The notes under the pieces: model-generated
Seen by the model: the letters and a program-made list of their open reading frames with translations, nothing else
The model's database searches: none
What the model was told of the DNA's origin: nothing
Program-made: the position numbers and the translations under genes
In this document: positions 61,656-64,000 of the stretch, piece by piece
How positions within the stretch are numbered: the first letter of the stretch is position 1
How the letters are laid out: every line of letters starts with the position of its first letter
Virus record (IMG/VR): IMGVR_UViG_3300028485_000001
Span: 1-64,000 of that record
Strand: one strand, 5' to 3'
Origin: a virus
Lineage: Duplodnaviria; Caudoviricetes
Length of the DNA stretch: 64,000 nucleotides

Positions 61656-62183
61656 TCATCCGTCGGACGGGGCGGACTCGACACCGTCCAAGGTCTGCGC
61701 GGCTTCGGAGAACACCGAACCGAGCCGGTCGAGCATGGACGCCGCATCCGAGGACGCCCCAGTAGTGTCGACCGCCGCGATCTTCAGATGCTTGTCGAGG
61801 GCCACCGCCGACGCGGTCATCAGGTTGCGGAGGTCACCCGTCGGCGCCCGTTCGAGCACGGCCTCGTTGTAGGTGTTCTCTTTGCCGCCGAACGAGAAGA
61901 CGAGGTGCGGGTCGTCCATCTGGTCCAAGAGCTGATGGGCTTTGCGGAGGTACTTCTCGGAGACCTCAGCTCGCAACGCGGCGAGGTCGGCCTGACGCGC
62001 ACGCGTGGCCTTTTCAGTACCCTCGCGCGACCATGCGTCGGTGATGCCGTTCTCCTTGGCGACCTTGCGGACCATGTTGTCGCTGACGTCGTGCCGCGCG
62101 GCTATGGCTCGTGTAGACCCGACTTTGGCTTGGATGTCAGCGAGGATCGCGGCGCGCTTCTCATCACTGATCCGTCTGACCAC
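61656..62183 (-). CDS. terS: Terminase small subunit
   Basis: N-terminal HTH TRAIAARHDVS..VRKVA; directly upstream of terL. Confidence 0.8.
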   Translation of the reverse strand: MVRRISDEKRAAILADIQAKVGSTRAIAARHDVSDNMVRKVAKENGITDAWSREGTEKATRARQADLAALRAEVSEKYLRKAHQLLDQMDDPHLVFSFGGKENTYNEAVLERAPTGDLRNLMTASAVALDKHLKIAAVDTTGASSDAASMLDRLGSVFSEAAQTLDGVESAPSDG

Positions 62184-62271
62184 AATCCGCTCACCTCCTG
62201 CCGTACCGTCTCGCCCTGGTGCACACTGGTGTCCCGTCGCCCGCTCCGACGCCCCCTACCGGAGGTGTGTC

Positions 62272-62670
62272 GTGAGGTCGTTGGTGTGTGCTGCTGTTGT
62301 CGCGTTGGTCGTGTCGGGCTGCTCGGGTGGCGTCCCCGTGGAGGAACCGTCTCCGTCCCCGTCTGAGGCTGTCGTGGAGTCCCCGACAGCGTCCCCGTCG
62401 GTGGAGGTGGACCCGCAGTCCGCGAAGTGGATCTGTGAGGATCTGCGGATGCGGGACGTCTACCTGCAAGCCGATGACCTTGCCCCGCATGAGGAGGGGT
62501 CGGCCTACGTCGCAACGGTAGACGCATGGCTGGGGGCCCTGGAGGAGGACGCGGAACCGGCGTTGCGGGAGATCGCGGAGGCGGCGGTTGATGCTGAGGG
62601 TGCGGCGGAGGAGATGATCGCGTGGTGTCAGGAGAACACTGAGCCGATCAATCCGACGTCGCCGTGGTGA
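62272..62670 (+). CDS. Lipoprotein
   Basis: GGAGG RBS; signal peptide with lipobox VSGC; Pro/Ser linker. Confidence 0.75.
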   Translation: MRSLVCAAVVALVVSGCSGGVPVEEPSPSPSEAVVESPTASPSVEVDPQSAKWICEDLRMRDVYLQADDLAPHEEGSAYVATVDAWLGALEEDAEPALREIAEAAVDAEGAAEEMIAWCQENTEPINPTSPW

Positions 62671-62722
62671 GTCGCCCGGCCGCGCGCTACCCCCTGTGGC
62701 GGCGGCCGGGACGTGTGTGGGG

Positions 62723-62893
62723 TCAGATGTGGGCGTCCTGGTAGAGGCTGGCGAGGTTGATCCACGTCTGCGCGACCTCGTTGTACTGGGACATCTTCGC
62801 GAGGTCGGTCTCACCCTCGGCGTACTGGAGGAGGCGGGCGGCGTTGGCCATGCATCCCTCGTAGGTGGGTAGCTGAGCCTGCGGGTCTGCCAT
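62723..62893 (-). CDS. Small hypothetical protein (56 aa)
   Basis: Hand-translated MADPQAQLPTY...; GGAG RBS. Confidence 0.65.
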   Translation of the reverse strand: MADPQAQLPTYEGCMANAARLLQYAEGETDLAKMSQYNEVAQTWINLASLYQDAHI

Positions 62894-62895
62894 GC

Positions 62896-63090
62896 TCACT
62901 CCTCCACGCTGGGGTTCTCGATCTCGTCGGCGATCGCGCGCAACGCCCCGACGAGCGTGGCGTTGTACTCGTCCGGGGTGTCGGCGGTGAACTCGACTGC
63001 GACGTCCGGGCTGTTGTCCCCGAGCTGGAGGAGGACGCGTCCGGGCGCCTGCGGGTCATCGGTCGTGGGGACGTGCGCGCCGTGCTTCAT
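62896..63090 (-). CDS. Small hypothetical protein
   Basis: Operonic. Confidence 0.6.
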   Translation of the reverse strand: MKHGAHVPTTDDPQAPGRVLLQLGDNSPDVAVEFTADTPDEYNATLVGALRAIADEIENPSVEE

Positions 63091-63557
63091 CCCCGACCGC
63101 CGATCGTGAAGCGCTTCGCGTCCTTGGCCGGGTTGACCATGTCTGGGTCGATCCGCTGGCGGATGTGCATCTTGGACGTCTCGCCCTTGTTCTCTCGCGG
63201 GGCGCGCGGGTGCTTGGGCCAGTCCTGCCCGTCAGCGCACGGCCAGCAGAAGAGCTGATCGAGGTAGTTCTCGTAGGACACCCGGGTGGACCCGCAGTCG
63301 ACACAGCGGTCGGTGCGTCCCTTGTCGCCCGGGGCGGGCACGTCGGGCTCTTCGGGTATCCCCGCGCCGATCGTGAGCCGTCGCGGATAGATCGTGAGCG
63401 TCACCTTGAGCGGGTCGCCATCCGCGAGCGGGTGGATAGTGGGCGCTTCGGCCAGGAGGACTGGGAGGCCGTTGACGGTGGCAGCCCTGACTATGACCAT
63501 GTTGGAGTCGTGGGGGACCTCTTCGTAGAGCTCAACCACGCCTTCGTTTCTGTTCAT
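63087..63557 (-). CDS. Hypothetical protein with zinc ribbon
   Basis: CVDCGS...CWPC. Confidence 0.7.
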   Translation of the reverse strand: MNRNEGVVELYEEVPHDSNMVIVRAATVNGLPVLLAEAPTIHPLADGDPLKVTLTIYPRRLTIGAGIPEEPDVPAPGDKGRTDRCVDCGSTRVSYENYLDQLFCWPCADGQDWPKHPRAPRENKGETSKMHIRQRIDPDMVNPAKDAKRFTIGGRG

Positions 63558-63673
63558 GCTGTCTCCCGAGGGCGTGAGGGCTGAGCCCCGACTGTCCCGC
63601 CCTCACAGGACAGCCGGGACGTGTGTGTCCGGTCCGGGCCTCTTCGGCTATGTGGTGTGCCCGGCCGGACGGT

Positions 63674-64000
63674 CTAAGGGGTCGAGCGCGCGAGCGTCAG
63701 CGCGTCGGCAAGTGGCACGTTCACCCACTCAGGGGTGAGCGTCACCGGATTGTCGCCCCGCCAGTCGATCTCGATGCCGTCCACGAAGATCGCACGGATC
63801 GGGTTGTGGCTGGTCTCGATGTCGATCAGGTCGATCCTGTGATGCTTCCGCAGCTCAGGCAGCAGGTACTTGCGGACGAGCGCCGCGAGGGGGAAGTCCA
63901 CGCCCTGGTCGTCGATGCCGTGTTCTTCGAGGTAGTCCAGCCACTCGTCAGGGGTGGCGCCGTCACCGAAGCCCCACTTGGAGAGCAGGCCGTCCGAGAA
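63674..64000 (-). CDS. Partial hypothetical protein (5' end beyond window)
   Basis: Frame open to the window end (FSDGLLSKWGFGDG...HNPIRA). Confidence 0.65.
   Translation of the reverse strand, partial: FSDGLLSKWGFGDGATPDEWLDYLEEHGIDDQGVDFPLAALVRKYLLPELRKHHRIDLIDIETSHNPIRAIFVDGIEIDWRGDNPVTLTPEWVNVPLADALTLARSTP

Larger units (their letters stand above)
1..64000. mobile_element. Temperate actinobacteriophage (siphovirus) genome or prophage carrying a TraB-type transfer module
   Basis: Complete head, tail, lysis, integrase, repressor and replication modules; no host housekeeping genes recognised. Confidence 0.95.

Noticed and set aside
1-64000. tRNA, rRNA or tmRNA genes
   Set aside because: No cloverleaf or conserved RNA motif recognised by eye; a tRNAscan/Infernal run would be decisive

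Overview
The whole window is a GC-rich actinobacterial temperate siphovirus; a DUF397 gene suggests a Nocardiopsis/Streptomyces-like host. I recognise no host housekeeping genes. Layout: accessory genes (1-6.9 kb); a leftward TraB/FtsK plus Spd-like membrane module resembling actinomycete plasmid/AICE transfer genes (7.2-12.6 kb); a candidate attP and large serine integrase (12.7-14.3 kb); a repressor/Cro switch (14.9-16 kb); a rightward early and replication arm (16-39.9 kb: ERF, RuvC, WhiB, initiator with iterons, DnaB, C5 methyltransferase, HD hydrolase, DnaQ, HNH, SSB); and convergent lysis, tail, head and packaging genes on the minus strand (39.9-64 kb). The most striking observation is a terminase intein that stays open in the terminase frame, while a complete HNH/zinc-finger endonuclease with a leaderless-type promoter is encoded in another frame inside it. 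Also notable: a second nested ORF with its own RBS inside the methyltransferase, the conjugation-like module with repeat clusters, and an Arc-HNH-ssb cassette sitting behind a truncated ssb. All annotations are by eye from motifs and synteny; no database searches were run.
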